Of a DNA stretch of 64,000 bases, positions 10,803-24,140 are shown in pieces. Within the stretch, counting starts at the first letter, position 1. Each line of letters begins with the position of its first letter. The translations under genes were made by a program, and so were the position numbers. The notes below the pieces were generated by a model, which had not been told where the DNA came from, searched no databases, and saw only the letters and a list, made by a program, of their open reading frames with translations. The DNA is taken from assembly GCF_902713615.1 (NCBI RefSeq), contig NC_052175.1:7457941-7521940 (forward strand), written 5' to 3'. The stretch comes from Scyliorhinus canicula. Its lineage: Eukaryota.

Positions 10803-13799
10803 CTAACAGGTTGGTCTGACAAATCAGATGACACACAGCTTATAGCTTTGTTCAACATTCCTGTCATTTTGCACCTTAACAAGAATAAGATTTTGTAAGA
10901 CACCTGTATTTCGCAATGATACTGCTTACGTAACATATATGGAAATGTGAGTATAGTCTGTAGAAATGTGTTGAGTGATTATTGTTGAGAGTACAACAGG
11001 AAGAAAGCAAAAACAAAGCAAATCATAACATGTCAAAACAAACATCAGCGGATATTTTTAATGCCTTGATTTTTTGGCGATATTGACATCTGGGATAGAT
11101 GTTACAATGTGTGATGATATGGCTGGCAAGCAGGAGAAGAGTCGATGTTATGGGGAGTGATCAGTTGAGTAAATTTGTACTGCATTTATTACAAACAAGA
11201 CAGTGGATCCACTGGAGGAAGCAGATTACTGTAAGGGTCTCGCTTTTGTACCTCCTGCTTATTCCTTGGTACTCCTTTGTTTTATTCTTACAGTTACATT
11301 TTTGATCCAATGGTAATGAATTGACATATTTATTTGCGGCAAGTAGGCTATATCTTTAATGAAAGCAGAAGAATCCAGAAGGATGTGCTGGTTTAAACTC
11401 TAGTTTCATACTGGTCGTGCCGCCCACTGGTGCCCAGTGATAGAGATAAGTTGAGAATCGGTTTTAGTGATTGACTGGTGACGAATGGAATGGCCCAGAG
11501 GGCTGTGTCATGCCCAGCAACAAGTGGTGATTGGACTTTATTGCACTGCCATGATTTTCCGAGTCCCAAGGTTTCAATTTGTTCCCGGCACTACCGGGAA
11601 AACTCTTCCTACCCTCTCTCCTGCATTCGTCGCCAGGGAAGAAATGGGCAGCACGGTAGCACAGTGGATAGCACGATGGTTTCACAGCTCCAGGGTCCCA
11701 GGTTCGAATGCTGGCTTGGGTCACTGTCTGTGATGCGTCTGCACACTCTCCCTGTGGCTGCGTGGGTTTCCTCAGGGTGTTCCGGTTTCCTCTTCCAAGT
11801 CCCGAAAGATGTGCTGTAAGGTGAATTAAACATTCTCAATTATCCCCCTGTGTACCGGAACAGACGCCAGGATGTGACGACTAGGGGAATTTCACAGTAT
11901 TTTCATTGCAGTGTTAATGTAAGTCTACTTGTGACAATAAAGATTATTATTATTATCCGTATTTCTGAATGGACTGGGGGCTTGACTGCATATGTATTCC
12001 GGGGGACCGTTACAGACTGTGCAAACAATGTTCTGGGCAACTATTTATCTGAAGAAGCCTTGCGAAAACTGAATTAGCTAATCTACAGTGAACATGTATA
12101 GATCAACCAATTTACAGTGAACATTACAGGCTGCAACAGAAAATGTAATGTGCAAGTTTATTGTGGAGAAAAATGCACTAAAACCCATCACTGAAACAAA
12201 GACACAGCCTTTCACGAATTATTTTTACCCGTTTCCACTGTTCTCTGTTTTTCTGTCGTGGGTGTGTTTGTGGACGGTGGGGGAAGCTATTAGTTCACAG
12301 TTAACCAGGAGCATGTGCTGCATATTTCATAATAGTTATTTTTACAAATAAACATGTATCTTGTTTGCATTTACAGACATGGTCACCGTTATAATTGGGC
12401 AGCCGACGGCCAAAGATGTCGGGAATTTTGGCATGGTAAATTCTACGATCAAGTTAGCAATAATAACCATGATAAATAATTCATATGTAACTTTCTGAGT
12501 TATGTTGCCTGAAGGGAACACATTGCTCAGAGTTTCAGAGTGATACAATTTCGGGCTTTTGCAATAGGGCAGCAGGGTACCATTGTGGATAGCACAATCG
12601 CTTAACAGCTCCAGGGTTCCAGGTTCGATTCAGGGTTGGGTCACTGTCTGTGCGGAGTGTGCACATCCTCCCCGTGTGTGTGTGGGTTTCCTCCGGGTGC
12701 TCCGGTTTCCCCCCACAGTCCAAACATGTGTAGGTTAGTTGGATTGGCCATGATAAATTGTCCTTAGTGTCCAAAATACCCCTTAGTGTTGGGTGGGGTT
12801 ACTGGGTTATGGGGATAGGGTGAGGTGTTAACCTTGGGTAGGGTGCTCTTACCAGGAGCCGGTGCATACTCGATGGGCCAAATGGCCTCCTTCTGCACTG
12901 TAAATTCTATGAAAACCTCACTGAACACAAGATCAACAGAGGAGACCGTTTAAATCAACACGGCGCAAGTAAGAGATCAAATATTAACACAAAGGTGCAT
13001 TCCTGTTCATAATTTCAACGGTTGATAAGATGTAGTAGCAGAATTAGGCCACTCGGCCATTGAAACAGCTCGACCTTTCGATCCTGGATAATATGTTCCT
13101 CATCCATCACCTCCAATGCTAAATACCAGGCACTGGATTCATGTGTCACAGTATTTAGTTGAGTGAACAGGGTGTAATGAGGCAATCTGTCATTCGACAC
13201 CAAGATGGTGGGCGGGAAGGCTCAGATGGAGAGGCAGATGCAGGGTAAAAAAGCTGGAGTAAAACTTGGACTGCTGGAGATATCCTCCTGAAACCGTCAG
13301 TGAAATGATTTCAAATGCCTTCCCAAATCAAATCGACCTCCCATTTAATTCGAGCGCCGTGAAACCAATAACTATTCTTCAGTCATAAAAAGATACTTGG
13401 AGAATATGAGCACTTGGTTTGACACCCGAATGAGCCCTTTAAATTTCATTGTTTTTTGCAAAATCATGAATGCTGCATTGCAGGATTTACTGTGGATATT
13501 TTGGACAGAGCAGGATCCCATAATTAATGTGATCAGGTTCAGACGAGACACGCGACTGCTCACTTCCGCATCTCTAATCAGACTACAATAATACAACTTT
13601 CATGTTTATTGCGGACCGGAAGTGTGGTTTAAATTCCCAATTGGAACAAAAGTTGTTTTAAAAGCAGCGATTAGTTTGTTGCTTAGTTTTCGAAGTTAAA
13701 ACCGAAAACAGTTCCAGGAATTTATTTGAAAAGCAGTTTGTTTGGCAGATTTTTAAATGAGGCGTTACTTCGCACTCCCACGCCGCCTCTTAAATATTT

Positions 13800-14060
13800 A
13801 TCCATATCAGTCTCCTCATCTCTGTCCGGAATGGTTAACGCTGAATCCTTCGACTGTGACCCCTGGTTCTGAGCACACCCAGCATCGGGAACACCTTCCC
13901 TGCATCTACCCTGCCTAGTCTTGATTTTATCAGTTTCTGTGAGACCCTGTTCATTTGCCTAACCTCCAGCGAGAAAAATAATAACCTCGTCAATCTCTCC
14001 TCATATGACAGTCCTGCCATCCAATCGAATCAGTTTGGCAAACCTTCGCTGCACTCGCTG
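13800..14060 (-). mobile_element. CR1 3' fragment
   Basis: ORF 13835-14020: GLSYEERLTRL..GRVDAGKVFP..RTRGHS. Confidence 0.8.
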
Positions 14061-15189
14061 GGGAGCAAGAACAACCTTCCTCAGAAAAGTTTTTGGAATA
14101 CCATTCTTCGGTCGGTCTTTACTTGTTGCAAATGCTGTTGGCATGCAATTGGTATTATGTTGTAACTTCGACCGGTTGACGCCTCATTCTTAGGCATGCC
14201 TAGTGTTGCTTCTGGCATGTCTTCCATGTCGTTATTATATGTGATCGACTGATTGTTTCTGTATGTGTGCTTGTATATATGTGTGTATTGCAAATGGTGG
14301 AAGATTAAAAACACGATGTATTCCTTCCTGTTGATATTTGTAGGAGCTTATTAAAATTATCTGCAACATTTCAATAAATGCGACTCTGAGTGTACATACT
14401 TTACAAAATATTTAAGCAATAAATGTATTACCGGTCCGTGCGACAATGTTAACTGTTAAATAAGACAATTTTCTGCCCTGCGAGTTATAATAATGATGCT
14501 GAAAATGAGATATTCCGGCAATAGTGTTTCAATCCATTTCTCTTACATCTCTCTCTCTCTGTTATCGCCCTCTCTAATTCATTGTCTGTTTCTCAAATAC
14601 ACACTATCATATTCGCAGTATACAGGCAACATGCACTCAAAGACACGCACAGATACAAAGACAACCAGAAGCATCGATGTATACAACCAAATGGACAGAC
14701 CCCCATACATACATAAAAAACAGAATTTCTCTCCAATGAAGCTTCGAAAAAAAAATATGGCAAACCACGGATGACAGGAAATATATTGATAGTTTTCTAA
14801 TCGAAATGCTCGTATTTCCTCTAACGTTTGTACTTTTCAACATAAGGTACAGTTTCAAAAATGTTATCTGCAGTTTGTAAAACAACTTCAAGATTGCTGT
14901 CAAAATCCAAATTTGCAAGAACTAGAAATATTTTTCAGCAATCTCTCAAACCCTTGTATCTTTACACTTGATGGTGTGCAGGAAAGATACACGATGGTAT
15001 TGCCTGGGCTACAAGACCATCGTTCGATTCAGGGCCTAAAAATGCTCACAACAATCCAAATGGAGTCTGAGCAGAGCCTTATAATGCTTCAATACACCCC
15101 TGTCTTGAATTCTAGCCCTCTCGACATGAATGTTAACGTCCCATTTGCCTTCCTAATTGCTAACTGGACGTATTTGAATTCCTAATGTT

Positions 15190-16020
15190 GTCACTTTGTT
15201 TCAGAAGGGTAGCAGGGATAATCCAGGGAATTCTAGACCTGTTAGCTTGACGTCAGTGGAAGGCAAACTGTTGGAGAAGATAATGAGGGATAGGATCTAT
15301 TCACATCTGGAAGAAAATAGACTTATCAGTGATAGGCAGCATGGTTTTGTGCAGTGAAGGTCATGTCTTCAAACCTAATAGAATTCATTGAGGAAGTGAC
15401 AAAGTTATTTGATGAGGGAAGGGCTGTAGATGTCGTATACATGGACTTTAGTAAGGCGTTTGATAAGTTTTCCCATGGCAGGTTGATGGAAATAGTGAAG
15501 TCGTATGGGGTTCAGGGTGTACTAGCTAGCTGGATAAAGAACTGGCTGGGCAACAGGAGACAGAGAGTAGTGGTGGAAGGGAGTGTCTCAAAATGGAGAA
15601 GGGTGACTAGTGGTGTTCCACAGGGATCCGTGCTCGGACCACTGTTGTTTGTGATCTACATAAATGACCTGGAGGAAGGTATAGGTGGTCTGATTAGCAA
15701 GTTTGCAGATGATACTAAGATTGTTGGAGTTGTAGATAGCGAGGAGGACTGTCAGAGAATACAACAAAATGTAGATAGATTGGAGAGTTGGGCAGATAAA
15801 TGGCAGATGGAGTTTAATCCAGGCAAATGCGAGGTGATGCATTTTGGAAGATCAAATTCAAGAGCGGACGATACGGTCAATGGAAGGGTCGTGGGGAAAA
15901 TTGATGTGCAGAGAGATCTGGGAGTTCAGGTACTTTGTACCAAGAAGGTGGCAATGCAGGTTGATAGAGTGGTCAAGAAGGCATACAGCATGCTTGCCAT
16001 CATCGGACGGGGTATTAAGT
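15190..16020 (+). mobile_element. CR1 RT internal fragment
   Basis: NLIEFIEEVT..VDVVYMDFSKAFD..GVPQGSVLGPLLF..KFADDTK (first ~220 aa of ORF 15354-16499). The rest of that ORF is read-through into unrelated DNA. Closely similar to 57700-58550. Confidence 0.93.
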
Positions 16021-17694
16021 TGATGTTTTATCTACACTCTGGCTACGACTGTCAGATTACATTTTGCACTCTCTCCTTATTTCCTTATGTACCGTATGCT
16101 TTATCTGTATATCATGCAATAAACAATAGGTTTCACTGCATAGCATTACGTGACAATAATAAATCAAATAAAATTAAATTTAAAGTAACAATATCATTTG
16201 ATTTTTCACATATTATTTATCAAAAAAAGAAGCGAATGAATAAACTTGTATATAGGCTGGGTGGAGTAGAAATTCCGACCTCTCACACTCTCCCGGCACG
16301 GCTAACTTTCCCCCCCCCCCCACCCTCACACACGCACCAACCCCGACGTATAACAAAAAACGCCAAACACACACCGTGCTCCGCACTGCCCGAACACGTG
16401 ATCCCCCTGAACCGTCATTACTATCTATTCACTTCCATCGGAATGACAGAATACCGAAGTAAAATTCAAATCGTGTGTTCAAATTTACACTTCTATTAAG
16501 GGTCGTGCCCAAAAATCGCTTAACCGAACATAAGTTCCATGTTTTTTTATGTCGCCGTTATTATATAGCAAATGGTGCAGCCGTAATTCATATTCATAAG
16601 TTCCCACATGTAGCTATTCAGCTGAAATAAACTCTCCAATATTATCTGAGGGGTATTCGATAACCATGATAGCAGAGATCGGAGAATGACTGCAGTATTA
16701 ATATCAAAACCTCACGGCGCTCACAGGGTGCATGCACGCATCCATTGACAAGAACAGTTCGACTCAAACAGATAATGCCCTCCACAATTCACAAAAATAA
16801 AGTAGAGACGGAGGTGGACAACACGATTAAATTGCGTTACGATCCAAAGGTAAAATAAAATATATCGGAATGGTGGGTAGTGTAAGAACAATAAATACAG
16901 ATATCCATTGAATTCACATAATTACGACAGTACAGAAAGAGGCCATTCTCCACATCAAGTCTGCATTGACGCACTGAAATGACACGATACTTCGGCTAAA
17001 TCTCCCGCCTTGTCCCTGCAACCCCATACTCCCACACAACTAAAAAGACTCAGAGAGAGATCATTCCACACTTTGAGCATCATAATAAATTGTTACCATG
17101 GCAATTACATGTTTCATGTAATCAACATTTTTATTGCAATGGCCAGAGATAAGTTTCCCACGCAGCCTCAAATAAACACGAAACCCTTTATGTTATGGAT
17201 TAAATGTTGCTTGCACAACATGTTCCTGGAAGCAGCCCTGCAAAAATAAGTTGGGAACGTTTATTCAGCGATCTTGTGTGATTGCTCAGGGGATCAGATG
17301 CCTGATGATCCACATTCTGTTCGAGCAGAGTAATTTTCCGTGAGAGGAGGAGGTGATAATGAGGAACAGATTGCATTTGGCTGTTAACGTTAAAACAGAC
17401 CACGGAAATAAGACGTGTTCTTTTCCTTTTAACTGTTTAATTATTTCCTTCACGTTTTCACTTCACAACTAAACACAACAGCATATGTTACAGGGAAGGA
17501 CTGTGAACTGGAGCGCCACTGTCCGGCTGCTTTCATAAGATAAGCAAACCCCTTCAATGCATCTATGTTGCATCCTTTCTGAAAGAGCAACATGTATCTA
17601 GGGAGACATGCACAAGCGAAAACAAGAGACAGGTAGTTCTCCACACCTGCCTTGTTGAATTATGGTGAAATCATGTTCGATAATCCACCAATAA

Positions 17695-18665
17695 CATAAG
17701 AACATAAGAACTAGCAACAAGAGAAGATCATATGGGCCCTCGAGCCTGCTCCGCCATTCAATGAGATCATGGCTGATCTTTTGTGGACTCAGCTCCACTT
17801 TCCGGCCCGAATACCATAACCCTTAATATCTTTATTCTTCAAAAATCTATCTATCTTTTTTTAAAAACATTTAATGAAGGTGCCTCAACTGCTTCACATG
17901 GCAAGGAATTACATAGATTTACAACTCTTTGGGTGAAGATGTTCCTCCTAAACTCAGTCCTATATCTACTTCCCCTTATTTTGAGGCAATGGCCCCCAGA
18001 ACTGCTTTCACCCGCCAATGGAAACAACCTGCCCGATTCTATTCCCTTCGTAATTTTATATTTTCTATAAGATCCCACCTCATTCTTCTAAATTCCAACT
18101 AGTACAGTCCCAGTCTACTCAACCTCTCTTCGTAATCCAACTCCTTCAGCTCTGGAATTAATCTAGTGAATCATCTCTGCGCACCCGCTATCGCCAGTAC
18201 GTCCTTTCTCAGGTAAGGAGACCAAAACTGAACACATTACTGCAGATGTGGCCTCATACAATGGCAGCATAATCTCCCTAGTCTTAAATTCCATCCCTCT
18301 AGCAATGAAGGACAAAATTCCATTTGTCTTCTTAATCACCTGTAAACCAACTTTTTGCGACTCATGCACTATCACACCCAGGTCTCTCTGCACAGCGGCA
18401 TGTTTTAATATTTTATCATTTAAATAATAATGCAGTTTGCTGTTATTCCTCCCAAAATGGATAACCTCACATTTGTCAACATTGTATTCCATCTGCCAGA
18501 ACCTAGCCCATTCAGTTAACCTATCCAAATCCCTCTGCGTTCTTCCAGTATCCTCTGCACTTTTTGTTTTCTCACTCATCTTAGAGTCGTCTGCTAACCT
18601 GGACACATTGCCCTTGGTCCCCAGCTCCAAATCATCTATGTCAATTGTGAACAATTGTTGGCCCA
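17695..18665 (-). mobile_element. 5'-truncated CR1 LINE with (ttcttatg)n tail
   Basis: QLFTIDIDDL..RLADDSK..WQMEYNVDKCEVIHFG; tail aacataagaacataagaac at ~17692. Confidence 0.92.
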
Positions 18666-20199
18666 ACACATACTCACCTATGTTATGTATGACATGCAGA
18701 TAGCAGCGGAAGAACGAGTTTGTTGTCGGAACTATGATCAAATTTAAAAATAAAGCTGCCTGAGAAATGACACACCACACTGAGACATTATGACAGAAAC
18801 AGGCCGCCAGTAAAACTGTTAAAAGAAGTAGCGAAATGCATCCATTTGTGTCGCCTTGTGTTAACACGTGAACATAAAAATAGGGATTCCAATAGTCGGA
18901 GTTTGAGAGACAGGTGGAGTGAACACTGGCTGTCTGTTGATAGCCCTCATATCCGCTGCTCACGTGTCTTGCAGGATCACATTAAACTCCCAAATTAATT
19001 AGAGTGTCGGAAAAAGAATTTATTCGAGGCATATGAACGTCTGCAGCTCATGCCTTCCAAATGCACAGTTTAAAACATGTCTCATCCACGAAGGTGTGTT
19101 AAAACAGGACACGAGACACTGACTTACATTTGAGCACAAACATACATTTCAACTAGATGTGATCCTATTACTTTTAAAGCTTATTCAGTGTTTAAATATT
19201 GAAAAACCATTTCCGATATAACATTGTCACGGTAACACTGGGTCACTGTCTGTGCGGAATCTGCACGTTCTCGCCGTGTCTGAGTGGGTTTCCTCCGGGT
19301 GCTCCGGTTTCCTCCCACAGTCCAAAGACGTGCAGTTTACGTTGTGGCCGTGATAAATTTCCCTTAATGACCAAAAAGGTTCGGAGGGGCTAATGGATTA
19401 CCTGAATAGGGTTGAAGTGAAGACATAAGTGGGCCGGTGCAGTCTCGATGGGCCGAATGGCCTCCTTCTCAACTGTATGTTCTGTGTGTTGTCAAGATTT
19501 GCAGAAGTTCCCCCTTTGGTCGACAACATTCAGCATAACAGTAGAACATGTGTGTCCAATATAAAGAACAAATGTATAACCTTCTCGAGGAAAATGTTTC
19601 ATCTCCATAAAATTATTTTAAGTAATACTCACCGCTATTATGTGTGGAATGCTGCAGGTAATTTCCACACAGGAATTGAGAAGCAGCCAGCAATCAACGC
19701 CCACGCAAGTTGTTTCAGTGATGTTGCCTGCGGGAATACATTCAAAATAATATCAGAGGCGGGCGAAAACAGCAGCAACACAATAACAACACTCAGTCAC
19801 AAGGGCGTAGTGAGGAGCACAAACCCTAGTCGAACAAATGGAATCCTGCCGTAACATTTGACAGAAACACGTATCAGAGCTCGAAAGAGCAGTACTACAA
19901 TCGGGTCCATTTCGTCGAAATTTCAATGCTACTGAAAATAAAAACAAATTGGGTTTCTGTGTATCGATGATTCATTGTTTAATTAAAGAACTAAATTTCT
20001 TCTGGCTGCTGCGGTTTTCTCCCACGAGTCCCGGAAGGCATAATTCGGTAGAGGTAATTCGGACATTCTGTATTCTCCCTCAGTGTACCTGAACAGGCGA
20101 ATGTGGCGACGAGGGCATTTTCATAGTAACATCATTGAAATGTTAATGTAAGCGTATTTGTGACAGTAATAAAGTTTATTATTAAACATAATACAGCCT

Positions 20200-20380
20200 G
20201 CTTCATTGCCCCTCCCTTCCACAAACATTGAAACCCTACAGCAGCGCCGACCAGTGGCAGCTGTGCACACCATACACAAGATGCACTGCAGTAACTCGCC
20301 AAGATTACTTGGGCACCATCCAAACCCACAGCCACTACCATCAGGAAGGACAAGGGCATCATATACTTGGGAACCCCTAG
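20200..20380 (+). mobile_element. Old non-LTR retrotransposon ORF2 C-terminal remnant
   Basis: ETLQQRRPVAAVHTIHKMHCSNSPRLL resembles the L..RR....L...YK+ motif at LINE ORF2 C-termini. Confidence 0.5.
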
Positions 20381-20829
20381 CTAAACATTAGATCAAATTG
20401 TGATTAATGAATAATATTTGTAACCCAGGATCATTTATGGGCCAAGGCACATACAAAATAGAACATTAAAAAAACCAACAAAGATTGTTTAAATATCAAC
20501 AAAGAAGAAAATAAGTCTGAAATCGCTATCCAGGTCTCGTTTGTTGCGTTTGTTGCGTTATCCTACTGGCAGAGTGGCCCAGCCATTCCGTTCACGGAGG
20601 TGTGGGATAGTTTCAAATAAGCGGCAGGAAGGTTGAATCCCGTTGTCACCGAAAGGAGCCCGGCCGAGAAACAGGCGGCTGGTGGAATAGGGAATCTCGT
20701 CCGCTGAAAATGCCAGCAAGGCAGTCAACATGTTCGGAAAGTGTAACTCAGTTAATGTTTCAAATCGAATACATTTGACCTACCTGATTAACATTTTAAA
20801 GTTACTCCGTGTTAATCCTCGTAGATGCT

Positions 20830-23800
20830 TCCTGACCTCAAAGAACAAAGAACCATACAAGACAGGAACAGGCCCTTCGACCCTCCAATCCTGCGCCGAC
20901 CAATGCATCCGCCAGAACGAAAATAGTCTGCACTTAGAGACTCCGTACCCTTTCATTCCCACCCTATTCAGATATTTATCTAGATGCCCCTTAAATGCCG
21001 CTATCGTACCTGTTCCCAACACCTCCCCAGGCAACGCGTTACATATATTTACCAGTCTCTGTGTAAAAACGTGCTTCACACATCTGTTCTAAATTTTCCC
21101 GACCCATGTTAAACCCCTGCCATCTAGTATTTGACTCTCCTACCGAGGAAAGAGCATCTGACTATCTACTCTGTCTATGTAACTCATAATCTTGTAGTCA
21201 TAGTCATAATCATAGACTTAACAGTGCAGAAGGATGGCAATTCGCCCATCGAGCCTACACCAGCCCTTACAAACAGAACCTATCAAGCCACGTATCTACC
21301 CTCTGCCCATAACTCAGTAACCACCACTTAACCTTTTTGGACACTGAGGGCAATTTATCATTGCTAATCCACCTAACATGCACATCTTTGGACTGTGGGA
21401 GGAAACTGGAGCACCCGGAGGAAACCCACGCACACACGGGGAGGATGTGCAGACTCCGTTCAGACAGTGACCCAAGCCAGAATAGAACCTGGGACCCTTG
21501 AGCTGTTAAGCAACTGTACTAACCACTATACTACCGTGCTGCCCCTCGACCACTATCAGGTCGCCTCTCAACCCCTACAGTTCCAGTGAGAACAGTTCGA
21601 GTTTATATAACCTGTCCTCATAGCTAATGCATTCCATACCAGGCAACATCCCAGTAAACGTATTCTGTACCCTCCCAAAGCATCGATATGATTTTGGTAA
21701 TTCGGCGACCAGAATTGTACATAATATTCCAAATGAGGCCTAACTAAGATCCTGTGCAGCTGCAACATGACTTTTGAACGTTTATATTCAATGCCCCGAC
21801 GGATGAAGGCCAGCATGCCGCATGCCTTCTTGACTACCTTATCCACATGCCACATTCAGTGATCGTTTGTCACGCACGCCCAGATATCACTGTCTGCCAA
21901 TTCTCGCAAAGGTTCTACCATTATCTGTGTAATTGCTACATGCATTGGGCCTTCAACAGTGTATATGAATGATTCCCAGAACAGAACCCTGTCGGACGCC
22001 ACGAGTCACAGGCTTCCATTCAGAATATTACCCTTCGACTGCTACCCTCTTTCTTCTGTACCCAAGCCAGTTCTGTATCCAACTTGTCAGTTCTGCTCTG
22101 ATCCCATGTGACACCACCATGTGTACCAGTCCACCATGAGGTACCCTGTGACAGACTTTACTGAAGTCCATATCTACAACATGTAGTGTATTTCCCTCAC
22201 CTATAATCTTAGTCACTTTCTCGAAAAATAAGATCAAATTAGTGAGGCACGACCTGTCCTTCACAAAACCATGCTATCCATCACTACTAAGTCCATGTGT
22301 TTCAAAATGTGAGTTAATCCTGTCTCTAATAACATTTTCCAATAATTTCCCTATCAGTGACGTACAGATCACTGGCTTACAATTTCTTTGATTATCCCTG
22401 TTGCCCGTCTTAAACAATGGAATAAAATTGGCTACTGTCCAATCTTCTGGAACTTCACCTGTAGCCAGTGAGGATACAAAGATTACTGTCAAGTCCCCAG
22501 CACCTTTTTCCTTGCCTCCCTCAGTATCCTGGGGAGGAGGGGTGGGAACCCATCAGGCCCTGGAGACTTATATAATTTAATGTTTATTAATAATTCCCGG
22601 CTTGGGTCACTGTATGTGCGGAGTCTGCACATTCTCCGCCTGTCTGTGGGTGATTCCTCTGAGTGCTCCAGTATCCTCTCACCGTTCAAAGCTGTGTAGG
22701 TTAGGCAGATGGACGATGCCAAATTGCCATTCGTGTCCAAAACGATGGGGTAAGATTCCTAGGTTACGGGCATATGGTGGAGGTGGAGGCTCTGGAGGGG
22801 TGCTCTTCCCAAGGGAAATCGGTATGCCTATTCTGCAGTGTAAATTCTATGACCTATAATCTGTGAATGTAAACCATTGCAGCCTGGTAACTGACCCCTC
22901 CACCCTGGGAAAGAGTGCCTGTCCTTCCACTCTCTCCATGCCCCTCATAATCTTGTAGACATCTGTCACGTCAACCCAACTTCTGTCGTTGAAATGAAAC
23001 TATTCCGAGTCTAATCAACATCTCTGCATAACTAACACCCTCCAGACCGGTCAACACCCTGGGAAACCTCCTCTGCGCCCTCACCAAAACTCTACATCCT
23101 TCTGGTCATGCGGTGACCAGGATTGTGCACTATATTCCAAGTGCGGTCTTACCAAGGTTATATACAACTGTAGCATGATTTGCCAGTTTTTAAGCCCAGT
23201 CCAGTGAAGGTAAGCATTCTGTCTGCTTCCTTGAATGTCTTGCCCACTCGTGTTGCCACTTTCAAATATCTGTGGACCTGTACGCCCAGATCTCTCTGAA
23301 TTTCTATATTCCTAAGAGGTTTGACATTTACGGCGTATTTTCCCTTTCTATTAGACCTAACAAAATGCATGACCTCACATTTTTCCGCTTCAACTTAATT
23401 TTCCACTTATTTGCCCAAGTGTCCAACTTCCCTCTGTCCTGCTGTATCCTCTGGCAATCCTCAACATTATCTGCCACTCCAACAATGTTGGCGTCATCTG
23501 CAAACATACTCATCAGACCAGTAGCATTTTCCTCCAAATTGTTTATGTACAGTACAAACAACAGAGACCCAAACACAGATCTCTGTGGAACATCACTAGT
23601 CCCAACCGTCTGTTCACGAGAACACACCTACTGCTACTATTTGCCTTCTGTGACCGAGCCAGTTCTGTATCCATCTTACCACCTCACTTCTGCCATGAGG
23701 CAACTTGTCAAATGCGTTGTACAGTCCATATAAACAACATCCACCGCCCTCCCCTCATCAATCAAATTTGTCAACGCCTCAAAAAACTCGAGAACACAAC

Positions 23801-24140
23801 CACCCCTTCGCAAAACCATGCTGTCTATCGCTAACGATTCCATGTGTTTACAACTGTGCATTATTCCCATTCCTGAGAATTGTCTCCAATGATTTAACAA
23901 AAACCGAAGTTGTAGTTTCCATGATCCTCCCTGCTACATTTCATAAATAGCAGCACCACATTAGATATTCACCAGTCCTTTGGGATCTCACCTGTAACCA
24001 ATGAGGAAACAAAGATATAAGTCAAGGCCGCAGTAATTTCACCCCTTGCTTCCCTCAGTATTCTATGATAAATTCCGTCCGGCCCAGGAGACTTTCCTAC
24101 CTTAAAATATTTTTAAAAGATCCAATATACCCTTCTTTTC
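20830..24140 (-). mobile_element. Cluster of older degenerate CR1 fragments interleaved with SINEs
   Basis: RT and 3'-end pieces at 20780-21079, 21568-21855, 22028-22492, 23158-23627 and 23676-23900. Confidence 0.85.

Noticed and set aside
12378-12440. Exon-like block after ttgtttgcatttacag (DMVTVIIGQPTAKDVGNFGM)
   Set aside because: Short, with no recognisable product and no compatible neighbouring exons on the plus strand.
13200-13760. Possible housekeeping-type promoter (caagatgg YY1-like, accggaagt ETS-like)
   Set aside because: Isolated short motifs with no CpG island and no associated exon found.
15354-16499. 381-aa ORF as a chimeric gene
   Set aside because: A CR1 RT fragment reading through into low-complexity flanking DNA. 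The C-terminal part has no protein-like features.
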